Assembly (NCBI RefSeq): GCF_020037015.1 | Contig: NZ_JAIQDE010000007.1 | Span: 243,886 to 307,885, forward strand | Length of the DNA: 64,000 nt | Direction: 5' to 3' | From: Corallococcus sp. AS-1-6 | GTDB lineage: Bacteria > Myxococcota > Myxococcia > Myxococcales > Myxococcaceae | In this document: piece after piece, positions 34,401 to 42,822 of the stretch | Layout of the letters: each line of letters begins with the position of its first letter | Numbering within the stretch: position 1 is the stretch's first letter | Made by a program: the position numbers and the translations under genes | Notes under the pieces: model-generated | What the model saw: only the letters and a program-made list of their open reading frames with translations | What the model was told of the DNA's origin: nothing | Databases searched by the model: none

Positions 34401-35749
34401 TGGTGCTGCGGGGCCGCAGCCTCCCGGGGAACCTGGCCACGCTGGGCCTGCGCACGCTGGCGAACCTCCTGCTGCGGGGGCTCGCGTCGCTTTTGCCCTT
34501 CATCCTGCGCCCGCTGCCGGCGGCGCGGCTGGGCAACTACCTGCAGCAGTTGTCCACGCTCAACTCGCTCATCCGCATCTACTACTTCGCGGACATCACC
34601 AAGCTCACCTGGGCGACGCTGGTGTCCACCAACATGGCGGAGCGCTCGCGCAGCGACTACGCCAGGAGCCTGGCGCGCGGCTACTACGGCACGCTCCTGT
34701 TCGGCGCGGGGCTGCTCGGCCGCGCGCGCTACCACTGCGAGAAGGCGCTGGAGTACGCCCGGCGCTCCAAGGACCCCGTGGCGGAGGGGCTCGCGCTCAG
34801 CCGCCTGGGCATCCAGGCCTTCTTCGCCAACGAGCTGGAGCGCGCGAGAGAGTTCCAGGAGGAGGCCGTCTCCACGCTGCGCCAGGTGGGCGAGCGCTGG
34901 GAGCGCCAGACGTCGCTGATGATGCAGGCCACGGGCGAGTTCCTCCACTCGCGCTTCCGCGCCGCGGTGGCGCTCTACGAGCAGATGGGGGCCATCGGCG
35001 TGGAGCTCAACGCGCTGATGCACCAGGGCTGGGCGCACTCGTGGGCGCCCATGTGCCGCTACCTCATGGGCGAAGGCGACGTGGGCGAATTGTGCGCGGA
35101 GCTGGAGCAGGGCCTGCGCATCAGCGTGGAGGTGGCGGACCTGGCCAACCAGTGCGCCAGCCTGAACCACCTGGCCAACGTCACGGTGCGCGAGCACCAG
35201 GTGGAGGAGGCGGCGCTCGTCGCGGTGCGCTGCTTCAAGAGCATCTGGAGCTACCAGGTGATGGTGCCCTTCCTCCAGGTGGGGCTGGTGGACGCGGCGG
35301 AGGCGGCCCTCTTCGCGCTGGAGGAGGGCGCCACGGTGGTGCCGCGCAAGAAGCTGCTGAAGATCGTCAAGCTGGCGTGCATCAAGGCGCGCGTCATCGC
35401 CCGGCTCTATCCGTACCTGAAGGGCCCGGCGCTGCGCGTGACGGCGCGCTCGCTGGCCCTGCGCAAGGGGCCGAAGGCCGCGGAGCCGGTGTTCCTGGAG
35501 GCCATCGCCGTCCTGGAGCAGAGCCCCAACCGCTGGGAGACGGGCGTGGCCTACTTCGACGCGGCGGTGGCCCTGCCGCACCGGCGCGAGGACTTCCTCG
35601 CCCGGGCGCGCGCCATCTTCACGGAGGTGGAGGCCCGCGCGGAGCTGCGCCGCGTGGACCGCTTCCAGGCCACGCTCCAAGCCCCGCCGACCCCGGCGCT
35701 CGTCGCCGTGCCCCAGGCCTCCCAGGTCCGTGACGCTCGCGTGATGTGA
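31445..35749 (+). CDS. multidomain signalling protein with two class III adenylate/guanylate cyclase domains, a STAND/AAA(16) ATPase and TPR repeats
   Basis: Cyclase domain 1 has LLLDIAGFTPI and FAGDSILACF. Cyclase domain 2 has FFVRFTH, MTDFTDKGNVLYVLFGAP, GIATGHAYCGDMG and NMAARLM. Walker A is VSGEAGIGKSRL. The C-terminal half is TPR-like helical. Length is 1434 aa. Confidence 0.9.
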   Translation: MPSTQPIDPAVAMLAPYMPAAILARLGSQEADALPRAEGVRGAILLLDIAGFTPIVVGLSGAGPRGIDALQRLLTNYYTEMIDVVRDHGGDIYQFAGDSILACFEAAPGEADADVVQRAAVCALGVQRRLARFARLELLGQRFGVSSRIGIGFGEATRIVMGATGLWMHPALVGEPLAQAVGAEKQATVSEVVLSPRAWAALPESARKGEPREGGNHRLALDAPVESVKRPLPAPTGGAELVGRCALLLHPVLFTKITTAHQEFAGDFRDVTCFFVRFTHAQPDADPDTFTRDLNAYYEYVQRESAHHGGVLLMTDFTDKGNVLYVLFGAPTAQQNKEVLACRLACKLLKAREQFPFLDELQIGIATGHAYCGDMGSPTRKGYSALGEVVNMAARLMTHGGRQDGVHLCANTQARSQQGGFATEFVEDAKLKGVSRSVPVYRLLGETRRGLFIKGRGDIIGRSRELNVLHASLNAAFAGQGRVCVVSGEAGIGKSRLGARVLEDAEEGGARALYGVCYSYEAFTPFFPWKEVLLQAFGLHDSDDTDAQLARLRQGLEGLEDVGPEWIPVVAGILGMSLEETSATAGMDARRKQQKVFQIVFQLLEKLSRAQPLLLFFEDLHWADYISLDLLQYLAVRVGSHRIMVLATMRPGDQLRGLRDLPEFIPLDLVSLDDEDTRALLRVHLRLSPPDVALEDRLLAKVQGNPFFIESIVEGLAEQGYLGPVEPGSPRMELKRGLQDLLLPDSIQDVVLSRIDLLSETEKLVVKVASVIGRIFTLDAVAALVPTLGHAMLREAMDTLQRLGLILLETEEPYTCLFKHIVIRDVAYNTLLVSAREDLHRRLARYLEARANDNLAGSAGLLAFHFLAGNVEDKGLEYTLMAARSARAQYANDDALYHYNRGLELLGTVVPVDPEATLLQTRRVMQELAETLLQAGDYANAILMFEQCLVDEEEPPRQAELHLGLGRAHQEKGESALATQHLEKSLVLRGRSLPGNLATLGLRTLANLLLRGLASLLPFILRPLPAARLGNYLQQLSTLNSLIRIYYFADITKLTWATLVSTNMAERSRSDYARSLARGYYGTLLFGAGLLGRARYHCEKALEYARRSKDPVAEGLALSRLGIQAFFANELERAREFQEEAVSTLRQVGERWERQTSLMMQATGEFLHSRFRAAVALYEQMGAIGVELNALMHQGWAHSWAPMCRYLMGEGDVGELCAELEQGLRISVEVADLANQCASLNHLANVTVREHQVEEAALVAVRCFKSIWSYQVMVPFLQVGLVDAAEAALFALEEGATVVPRKKLLKIVKLACIKARVIARLYPYLKGPALRVTARSLALRKGPKAAEPVFLEAIAVLEQSPNRWETGVAYFDAAVALPHRREDFLARARAIFTEVEARAELRRVDRFQATLQAPPTPALVAVPQASQVRDARVM

Positions 35750-35829
35750 CGCGCCGGACGCGCATTCCTTGTCCCGTCAGGCGGGGCCCCTAGACTGCGT
35801 GCTTCTTCCTCGACCTCCGCACCGGGCTC

Positions 35830-36660
35830 ATGAACACCGCGCCGCTCCGCTTCCAGCTCAGTCCCGTCATCGTCGTCTACATGCTCGTGGTCCACGGCCT
35901 GGCCGCGCTGGCGTTCATCCTGCCCTGGCCGCCGTACGCGCTGCCGGTGGCGCTGGCCGTGTACGTGTCCATTGGCCTGGGCACGACGGTGGGGCTGCAC
36001 CGGCTCTTGTGCCACCGCGCCTTCGCGTGCCCCCGCTGGGTGGAGTACGCGCTGGTGACGGTGGCCATGCTCACGGCGCAGGGCAGCCCGCTGCTCTGGG
36101 CCGCCAACCACCGGCTGCACCACGCGAAGGCGGACGCGGACGGGGACGTGCACTCGCCGGTGCGCGGCTTCTGGTACGCGCACATGGGGTGGATCCTCAA
36201 CGAGGCCTCCACGGAGGAGGACGGCTGGCGCACCTGGTGCCGCGACATGGCGGACGACGGCTACTACCACTGGCTCTTGCGCTACCGCATCGCGCCGCAG
36301 GTGCTGGCGGTGCTCTTCGTGGGGCTGACCTTCGGCTGGCGTACGGTGCCCGCGTACTTCTTCCTGCCCGTGGTGTGCTGGATGCAGAGCACCTACGCGG
36401 TGAACTCCGTGTGCCACGCCGCGTTCGGGCACCGCGACCACGACACGCGCGACCACAGCCGCAACGTGTGGTGGGTGAGCGTGCTCGCGCTGGGCGAGGG
36501 CTGGCACAACAACCACCACGCCTTCCCCGCGTCCGCGCGGCACGGCTGGGTGTGGTGGCAGTGGGACCCGGGCTGGCTCTTCATCCGGGCGCTCCAGGCG
36601 CTGGGGCTGGCGTGGGACGTGCGCCTGCCGTCCCGGCTCAGGTCAGGACCTGCGGCGTGA
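35830..36660 (+). CDS. membrane fatty-acid desaturase, stearoyl-CoA desaturase (SCD/Ole1/DesC)-like
   Basis: The three His boxes are HRLLCHR, NHRLHHAKADADGDVHSP and GEGWHNNHHAFPASARHG, the SCD-family pattern HRxxxH / HRxHH / HNxHH. Four TM segments are present. Confidence 0.85.
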   Translation: MNTAPLRFQLSPVIVVYMLVVHGLAALAFILPWPPYALPVALAVYVSIGLGTTVGLHRLLCHRAFACPRWVEYALVTVAMLTAQGSPLLWAANHRLHHAKADADGDVHSPVRGFWYAHMGWILNEASTEEDGWRTWCRDMADDGYYHWLLRYRIAPQVLAVLFVGLTFGWRTVPAYFFLPVVCWMQSTYAVNSVCHAAFGHRDHDTRDHSRNVWWVSVLALGEGWHNNHHAFPASARHGWVWWQWDPGWLFIRALQALGLAWDVRLPSRLRSGPAA

Positions 36661-38053
36661 GGCCCAGCGCGGGCATCCGCTCCGCGTCCCACGCCTCGAT
36701 GGCGTCCAGCCCCGCGATGTAGCGGCGCTCCGGGTTCTTCACCGGGTTGCGGATGCTGACGATCTCGGGCCCGGAGAAGAGGATGGTCTGCTTGTAGCGG
36801 GGCAGGTCGCTCATCATCAGCTTGGACGCGTAGTGCCGCGCGATGTTGGGCAGGCTGCCCAGCGTGCGGCACAGCCGCTGGAAGTGCTCCACCACCTCCG
36901 ACGCGTGCATCTGCTTGGGCCGGTGGCACAGCGTGTAGCCGTCGTAGTCGCGGCTGGTGGTGCCGGGCAGGAGCCGGTCCTCGGCCTTCAGTTCGCGGAA
37001 GAAGGGCGTCTCCGGATACGGGCACACGATGCCCAGGAACGTGACGGAGAAGTACTTCAGGTCCGCCAGGTAGTCCGGCAGCCGGTGCAGGTACTCGTTG
37101 GTGTCGCCGTCCGAGCCAACGATGAGCCCGAAGGACAGCAGGATGCCGGCGGAGAAGACGCGGCGGATGACGGCGTCCACCTCCGACAGCTTGTTCTGGC
37201 CCTTGTTCATCGCCTTGAGCGAGTCCGGGTTGAGCGACTCCAGGCCGGTGTAGACGTAGCGGCAGCCCGCCTTCGCCATCAGCTTCACCAGCGACTCGTC
37301 CTTGAGCACGTTGAAGGTGAGCGCGCAGCCCCACGTCTTCTTCAGGGGGATGAGCGCCTCGCACAGCGCGCGCAGGTACTTGGGCGAGCCGCCCAGGTTG
37401 TTGTCCAGGAAGACGAACGCGTCCCCCATCAGCCCCAGGAAGTTCGGGTTCCAGCGCATGCGCGTCTGGATTTCGTCGATGACCTCCGGGATGGGCCGGA
37501 AGCGGTAGCGCTCGTGGCCGGTGAGCACGCAGAAGTTGCACGTGAAGGGGCAGCCGCGCGACGCCTCGATGCCCGGCAGGCGCACCTTGTTGTGCGTGAA
37601 GTCGATGAGCTCGTAGCGGTACGGCCGGATGGCCGCGGCGCCCTGCGACGGCAGGCTGTAGCGGGGCTTGAGCTCACCCTTCTCGAAGTCCGCGATGAGC
37701 GCCGGCACGTTGGACTCCGGCTCCCCGGTGATGACCGCGTCGAAGTACTTCGCCGCGTCGTCCGGGAAGTGGCTCGCGTGCCGGCCTCCCGCCACCGTCG
37801 TCATTCCGCGCTGACGGAAGAGGGTGGAGAGCACCTTGGTGTGCTCGTAGTACGAGTGCAGGTACGAGAAGAAGACCAGGTCCCAGTGCCGGTCCAGCGG
37901 CAGGTCCGCCTCCTTCTCGTTGAAGATCTCCACCTCGGCGTGCTCCGGGCACAGGCCCGCGATGAGCTCCGGCACGGAGGACTGCATGATGGAGGGTTCC
38001 TTGATTCGCAGCCGGGTCGGATGGGTGTACGTGGCGATGATGGCGATGCGCAT
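36638..38053 (-). CDS. B12-binding-domain radical SAM enzyme
   Basis: The N-terminal B12-binding Rossmann start is MRIAIIATYTHP. The radical SAM cluster motif is GCPFTCNFC (CxxxCxxC). The start is ATG 38053. The ORF-track GTG at 38194 adds an implausible Arg/Pro-rich leader. The 3' end overlaps the desaturase 3' end by 23 bp. Confidence 0.85.
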   Translation of the reverse strand: MRIAIIATYTHPTRLRIKEPSIMQSSVPELIAGLCPEHAEVEIFNEKEADLPLDRHWDLVFFSYLHSYYEHTKVLSTLFRQRGMTTVAGGRHASHFPDDAAKYFDAVITGEPESNVPALIADFEKGELKPRYSLPSQGAAAIRPYRYELIDFTHNKVRLPGIEASRGCPFTCNFCVLTGHERYRFRPIPEVIDEIQTRMRWNPNFLGLMGDAFVFLDNNLGGSPKYLRALCEALIPLKKTWGCALTFNVLKDESLVKLMAKAGCRYVYTGLESLNPDSLKAMNKGQNKLSEVDAVIRRVFSAGILLSFGLIVGSDGDTNEYLHRLPDYLADLKYFSVTFLGIVCPYPETPFFRELKAEDRLLPGTTSRDYDGYTLCHRPKQMHASEVVEHFQRLCRTLGSLPNIARHYASKLMMSDLPRYKQTILFSGPEIVSIRNPVKNPERRYIAGLDAIEAWDAERMPALGLTPQVLT

Positions 38054-38274
38054 GCGAGCGGGCCCGGCGGCGCACGCGGCGGAAACGGGCGCGCGCGTTC
38101 GTGTTTTCACCTGCCGGACCGCGTCCCCCTTCGTCGGTGGAGGATCACCCGGAGTCCGGGCGGTGGCAAAGGATCTCCGTCGCGAACACCGCACGCTCCG
38201 CGTGTTTCCGGTGGCAGCGGACGACCCAGGAGGACCTATCTCGCGTGGGGGGCGTACTGATAGATCTTTGAAAC

Positions 38275-40062
38275 ATGGATACTTCTCCTTCGCCAGCCGC
38301 CCCGGGTTGGCCGTTTAAGCGTTACTTCTGGATTTCCATCGTGCTCGCGGTGGCGCTGGGCGCGACGGCGTTGCGCTCGGGGTTCATGCCGGATGACTTC
38401 ATCTGGCTGGGCGTCTGGGACAACATTCCGCCGCCCGCGCCGCTGGGCAACACGCACCTGGACGTGTACCGCACGGCCACCGGCATCCCGGAGCACACGC
38501 TGCGTCTGGCGGAGGTGGGCGTCTTCCCGTGGTGGGTGGAGCCCACCGTGCGCGTCGCGTTCTTCCGGCCCCTGGGCAGCCTGCTCTACGGACTGGACCA
38601 TGTGCTCTACAACCGCGTCGCCGTGGCCTACCAGTTCCACTCGCTGCTCTGGTACGTGGGCCTGGTGGCGGTGGCGGGCCTGCTGCTCAAGCGCGTGCTG
38701 CCCACGGCGGTGGCGGGCGTGGCGATGGTCCTCTTCGCCCTCTGGGGCTCCCACGCGGCGGTGCTGGGCTGGCTGTCCTACCGCAGCGTGGTGATGTCGC
38801 TGCTCTTCGGCATCCTCGGCATCTTCCTGCACGTGAAGTGGCGCGAGGAGAAGCGCACGGGCGCGCTGGTGGGCGCGCTGGTGTCCTTCGCGCTCGCGCT
38901 CCTCTGCGGTGAGACGATGGTCATCCTCAGCCCGTACGTGCTGGCCTACGAGGCCTTCTCCGGCCCGGGGCAGGCGAAGGACAAGCTCAAGGGGCTCATC
39001 CCGTTCGGCGTGCTGATGGCCCTCTACTTCGCGGCGTACCGGGCCATGGGCTACGGCGCGGGCGGCTCGGACATGTACCTGGACGCGCTGGGGACGCCGG
39101 TGGCGTGGTTCCAGGCGATGCTCGGGCGCGTGCCGGCCGCCATCGCGGGGCTGACGCTGAACGCACCGCCGGACTTCATCTTCGATCAATCCCTGGTGCC
39201 CCTCTTCACCGTCCTGGGCGCGGTGGGCTTCACGTTGTTCGCGCTGCTCGTGTGGGGCGTGTGGCCCCGGCTGGAGGCCGCGGAGAAGCGCACGGTGGGC
39301 TGGATGCTGACGGGCGCGTTCGTGTCCACGTGGCTGTCCAACTCCGCCTTCGCCGGCTCGCGCACGCTCATCGTGCCCAGCCTGGGCATGGCGGTGGGTT
39401 TGGCCGTGGTGCTGCGCCACGCGTGGAAGGGGCGGGCGCTCAAGCTCCGCGCGGGCGCGGTGGTGGCCGGCGCGGCGGTGATGGCCCTCATCCACGTCGT
39501 GGGCTCGCCGTACCTCTGGTGGCAGACCATGGAGCAGTACTCGCAGGCGGACGCGCTCATGGGGCGCGTGCAGGCGCGCTACGAGGAGGCGTTCGATCAG
39601 ACGAAGCTCCCCAACCAGCGCGTGGTGGTGCTCAACGCCCCCAACGGCATCATCGGCATCTACGGCTCCGTGCGCTGGTGGTCCTCGGGCAACCCCCTGC
39701 CGAAGGCCTGGTGGGTGCTGTCCTATTCGCTCCACGAGCAGAAGGTGACGCGCACCGGCCCCAACTCGCTGGAGCTGGCGCTCACCCGGGGCGGCCACTT
39801 CCTGGACTCCGTGGAGGAGCGCATCCACCGCGCCGCGCGCCACCCGGTGCGCCAGGGCGACGAGTTCGACATGAAGGGCATGAAGGTGCGGATCGAGGAG
39901 GCGGACGCGCAGGGCCCCACGCGCATCTCCTACACCTTCGACGTGCCGCTGGAGGACCCGTCGCTGAAGCTGGTCCAGTGGCAGAACAAGAAGGTGGTGC
40001 CCTGGGTGCCGCCGGCCGTGGGCGGGCCGCCGTCCGCCCTCAACGTCCGGGCCGTGCAGTAG
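38275..40062 (+). CDS. large polytopic membrane protein (about 12 TM) with C-terminal soluble domain; GT-C-like glycosyl/lipid transferase candidate
   Basis: The 595-aa ORF has many hydrophobic helices and an acidic first loop (FMPDDFIWLGVWDN). The C-terminal 170 aa or so are hydrophilic. Confidence 0.7.
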   Translation: MDTSPSPAAPGWPFKRYFWISIVLAVALGATALRSGFMPDDFIWLGVWDNIPPPAPLGNTHLDVYRTATGIPEHTLRLAEVGVFPWWVEPTVRVAFFRPLGSLLYGLDHVLYNRVAVAYQFHSLLWYVGLVAVAGLLLKRVLPTAVAGVAMVLFALWGSHAAVLGWLSYRSVVMSLLFGILGIFLHVKWREEKRTGALVGALVSFALALLCGETMVILSPYVLAYEAFSGPGQAKDKLKGLIPFGVLMALYFAAYRAMGYGAGGSDMYLDALGTPVAWFQAMLGRVPAAIAGLTLNAPPDFIFDQSLVPLFTVLGAVGFTLFALLVWGVWPRLEAAEKRTVGWMLTGAFVSTWLSNSAFAGSRTLIVPSLGMAVGLAVVLRHAWKGRALKLRAGAVVAGAAVMALIHVVGSPYLWWQTMEQYSQADALMGRVQARYEEAFDQTKLPNQRVVVLNAPNGIIGIYGSVRWWSSGNPLPKAWWVLSYSLHEQKVTRTGPNSLELALTRGGHFLDSVEERIHRAARHPVRQGDEFDMKGMKVRIEEADAQGPTRISYTFDVPLEDPSLKLVQWQNKKVVPWVPPAVGGPPSALNVRAVQ

Positions 40063-40072
40063 GCAGCCAGGT

Positions 40073-40098
40073 GGCGCGGGGGAAGCCTCCCCCGCGCC
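40073..40098. terminator. bidirectional GC-rich hairpin between convergent membrane-protein and PiT genes
   Basis: ggcgcggggga-agcc-tcccccgcgcc forms a perfect 11-bp stem, 11 nt after the upstream stop and 11 nt before the PiT stop. Confidence 0.5.
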
Positions 40099-40108
40099 CG
40101 GGCCTGCT

Positions 40109-41134
40109 TCAGCCCACCATCCGCACCACCGCCAGCGTGAGTCCGTAGACGATGACGGACACCAGCGCGGCGGCGGGGATGGTGAACACCCACGCCCAGA
40201 TGATGCGGCCGGCGGTGCCCCACTTCACGGCCCGCCAGCCGCGCGTGGACCCCACGCCGACGATGGCGCCGGTGATGGTGTGCGTGGTGGAGACGGGGAT
40301 GCCCAGCTCCGCCAGCGCGATGATGGTGACGCCGCCGCCCGTCTCCGCGCTGAAGCCGCCAATGGGCGCCAGCTTCGTGAGGCTGTGGCCCATGGTGCGG
40401 ATGATGCGCCAGCCGCCGAAGAAGGTGCCCAGCGCGATGGCGGCGTGGCAGGAGATGATCATCCACCAGTCGATGTGGAACGGCCGGTCGCGCCAGATGG
40501 TGCCGAAGAGCACCACCGCGATGATGCCCATGACCTTCTGCGCGTCGTTGGTGCCGTGGCTGAAGGAGAAGATGGCGGACGACACCAACTGCAGCCGGCG
40601 GAACCAGGTGTCCACGCGCAGCGGCGTCTGACGGTGCACCGCCCAGGTGCTGGCCAGCATCATCCCGATGCCCAGCGTCATGCCGATGAGCGGCGACAGC
40701 ACGATGAAGGCCGCGATGCGCGCGATGCCGCTGCCCACCAGGCCCTCGAAGCCCAGCACGGGGAGCGTGGCGCCAATCATCCCGCCCGCCAGCGCGTGCG
40801 ACGACGACGAGGGCAGCCCCCACCACCAGGTGAGCAGGTTCCAGACGATGGCGCCCATCAGCGACGAGAAGATGACCATCAGCACCGCGGTGGGGCCGGC
40901 GGCGCGGAGCATCTCGAAGTTGATGATGCCCTTGCCCATGGTGTTGGCCACGTGCACGCCGCCCGCGAAGGCCGCCACGAAGTTGAAGAACGCGGCCCAC
41001 GCCACGGCCAGGTTCGGCGACAGCACGCGCGTGGACACCACGGTGGCGATGGAGTTCGCCGCGTCGTGGAAGCCGTTGATGAAATCGAAGATGAGCGCGA
41101 CGACGACGATGGTGACGACCGCTGCGAGCAGCAT
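40109..41134 (-). CDS. pitA: inorganic phosphate transporter, PiT family
   Basis: PiT signature blocks are FINGFHDAANSIATVVST and the repeat block FSHGTNDAQKVMGII. It has 10 or more TM segments. Confidence 0.9.
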   Translation of the reverse strand: MLLAAVVTIVVVALIFDFINGFHDAANSIATVVSTRVLSPNLAVAWAAFFNFVAAFAGGVHVANTMGKGIINFEMLRAAGPTAVLMVIFSSLMGAIVWNLLTWWWGLPSSSSHALAGGMIGATLPVLGFEGLVGSGIARIAAFIVLSPLIGMTLGIGMMLASTWAVHRQTPLRVDTWFRRLQLVSSAIFSFSHGTNDAQKVMGIIAVVLFGTIWRDRPFHIDWWMIISCHAAIALGTFFGGWRIIRTMGHSLTKLAPIGGFSAETGGGVTIIALAELGIPVSTTHTITGAIVGVGSTRGWRAVKWGTAGRIIWAWVFTIPAAALVSVIVYGLTLAVVRMVG

Positions 41135-41135
41135 C

Positions 41136-41762
41136 TCAGCTATGCTCCAGCACGACGCCTTCGATGACGTTGGCCACGCCCTGGCACTTGTCCGTGGCCG
41201 TCTCGATGAGGTCGTAGATCTCCTTCCACTTGATGATGGTCAGGGTGTCCACGCCGCTCTTGAACAGCCGGCCCATGCCCGCGCGCAGGACCTCGTCCGC
41301 CTGGGTCTCCAGGTGCTTGATCTCCTTGCACCCCGCGAGGATCTGCTCCGGCTTCTTGATGAGCCGCAGCGCCGCGACGACCTCCTGCACCTTGCGCGTG
41401 GAGAGCACCAGCAGCCGCGCCAGCTCCGTGGCGTCCTCGCGGCTGGACTCAATCTCGTAGTAGAGCAGCCGCGCCGCCGCCGCGTTGGTCAGGTCCAGCA
41501 CGTCGTCGATGCGCGACAGGAGCGTGTGGATCTGACCCCGGTCGAACGGGGTGATGAACTGCTGGTGGAGCCGGTTGAAGGCCGTGTGGGTGACCTCGTC
41601 GCCCCGGTGCTCCACGTCCTTGAGGGCCTGGACTCGCGCGGGCACGTCCCGGAAGTCGCTCAAGAGTTCGTGCAGGAGCTTCGCTCCCTCGACAGTTCTG
41701 GCGCATTGCGCGTCGAAGTCGTCGAAGAACTCGTCCGACTTCGGCATCAGCTTTTCGAGCAT
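41136..41762 (-). CDS. DUF47 / PhoU-like TIGR00153-family protein, the usual PiT partner
   Basis: It is a 208-aa helical protein. Its stop lies 1 bp from the PiT start. This gene pairing is widespread. Confidence 0.85.
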   Translation of the reverse strand: MLEKLMPKSDEFFDDFDAQCARTVEGAKLLHELLSDFRDVPARVQALKDVEHRGDEVTHTAFNRLHQQFITPFDRGQIHTLLSRIDDVLDLTNAAAARLLYYEIESSREDATELARLLVLSTRKVQEVVAALRLIKKPEQILAGCKEIKHLETQADEVLRAGMGRLFKSGVDTLTIIKWKEIYDLIETATDKCQGVANVIEGVVLEHS

Positions 41763-41836
41763 GGGGATCTCCCTCGGCGCCTGGAGGGACAGGAGCTGTC
41801 CGCCGCGGGAGGTGGGTGGCGCCTCTGGAGGGGTGA

Positions 41837-41857
41837 CACTCCCGTGACGCGGGAGTG
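41837..41857 (-). terminator. hairpin downstream of the CADD/TenA-like gene
   Basis: cactcccg-tgacg-cgggagtg forms a perfect 8-bp stem about 85 nt after the stop at 41941. Confidence 0.35.
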
Positions 41858-41940
41858 AGTACCCTACCTGGAGAGATTCGCCAGTGTTCCGTGCGAAAAC
41901 GTACGGATTCCGAGGGGTTGTGCTTGACGCGAGGCGCCGC

Positions 41941-42603
41941 TCAGACGACGCGGTTGCGCAGCTCCTCGAAGAATCCCACCCACAACTGCCACATCTCCTC
42001 GGCGCCGCGCGTGATGGTGGCCAGCTCCGCGTCCGTGTACTGGAGGCCCACCGTGTGGCCGGCCGTCTCCACGTGGTCCGGCTCCTGCTTCACGTGGATG
42101 TCCACCCAGGGCAGGGCCTTGAGGCCCGTGGTGCGGCGCACCAGCTTGCCCAGCTTGGCCACCATGGTGAGGTCCGCCACCTCCGTGCCGTAGAGGAAGC
42201 CCAGGCCCGTGAGGTGGCTGTCCGTGGAGCGCTGGTAACCGTCGATGAGCCGGCGCGTCGCGGGCGTCATGTCCGCCTCGGACACGCCCGCCTTCGTGAA
42301 GCCCGCGTCCGTCATCGTCTGGATGAAGAAGCGCTCGTGCGCCCTCGCCGGGTCTCCCTCGCCCACCTCCTGGTTGAGGATGTGCGTCACCGCCGTCTTC
42401 ATCTCCATCTGCGGACAGACGGCGATGAGCTTGCCCAGGAAGGTGGGGAAGTAGTGCAGGGGGTGCCACCACTGACCCAGCACCATCTCCGCCTGTTCGC
42501 GGCTGAAGGCCTTCTCATCCACCACCTCGAAGAACCGGTGCTTGATCAACTGCTCTCGGTGGGAGTTCTTCGCCAGTGCCGCCTCGATGGTCTGGTTCCG
42601 CAT
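41941..42603 (-). CDS. iron-containing redox enzyme of the haem-oxygenase-like fold (CADD/PqqC/TenA-like di-metal oxidase family)
   Basis: Two E...H metal-ligand blocks are ILNQEVGEGDPARAHERFF and VKQEPDHVETAGH. It has about 220 aa and an all-helical composition. GGAGG sits 5 nt upstream of the ATG. Confidence 0.8.
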   Translation of the reverse strand: MRNQTIEAALAKNSHREQLIKHRFFEVVDEKAFSREQAEMVLGQWWHPLHYFPTFLGKLIAVCPQMEMKTAVTHILNQEVGEGDPARAHERFFIQTMTDAGFTKAGVSEADMTPATRRLIDGYQRSTDSHLTGLGFLYGTEVADLTMVAKLGKLVRRTTGLKALPWVDIHVKQEPDHVETAGHTVGLQYTDAELATITRGAEEMWQLWVGFFEELRNRVV

Positions 42604-42822
42604 TGCCGCCTCCAGGTGGGTCCAAAAGGGCTGGGTCGGCGTTTATCACAAAGCAGGACTGAGATTCTTGGAAATGTAGAAAGACAAGTTCAACACGACT
42701 ACGTGGTTTGCCGTCAGTGTGGAACGTGCAGGCAGGCGAGGGTGGGCTGTTCGGCGTGGGGGCTGACAGCCTACAGTTGGAAAATCGGCATTTTCTCCCT
42801 GGCCCCCTTGTACGGAAGACGC

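Noticed and set aside
31439-35680. 1413-aa minus-strand ORF antisense to the cyclase-STAND gene
   Set aside because: It is an antisense artefact. The sense gene has cyclase, Walker A and TPR signatures.
38054-38194. N-terminal 47-codon extension of the radical SAM gene from GTG 38194
   Set aside because: The extension is Arg/Pro-rich and non-coding-like. The conserved B12-binding N-terminus MRIAIIATY begins at ATG 38053.
41884-42822. Upstream 313 codons of the 607-aa ORF containing the 294-aa desaturase
   Set aside because: It runs antisense to the CADD/TenA-like gene, which has its own RBS, and through the AT-rich promoter region. The desaturase domain starts at ATG 42823.
42604-42822. Possible sigma-54 (-24/-12) promoter around ttggaaaatcggcatttt
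   Set aside because: The GG to GC spacing does not fit the TGGCAC-N5-TTGCW consensus. It is kept only as an AT-rich divergent promoter region.
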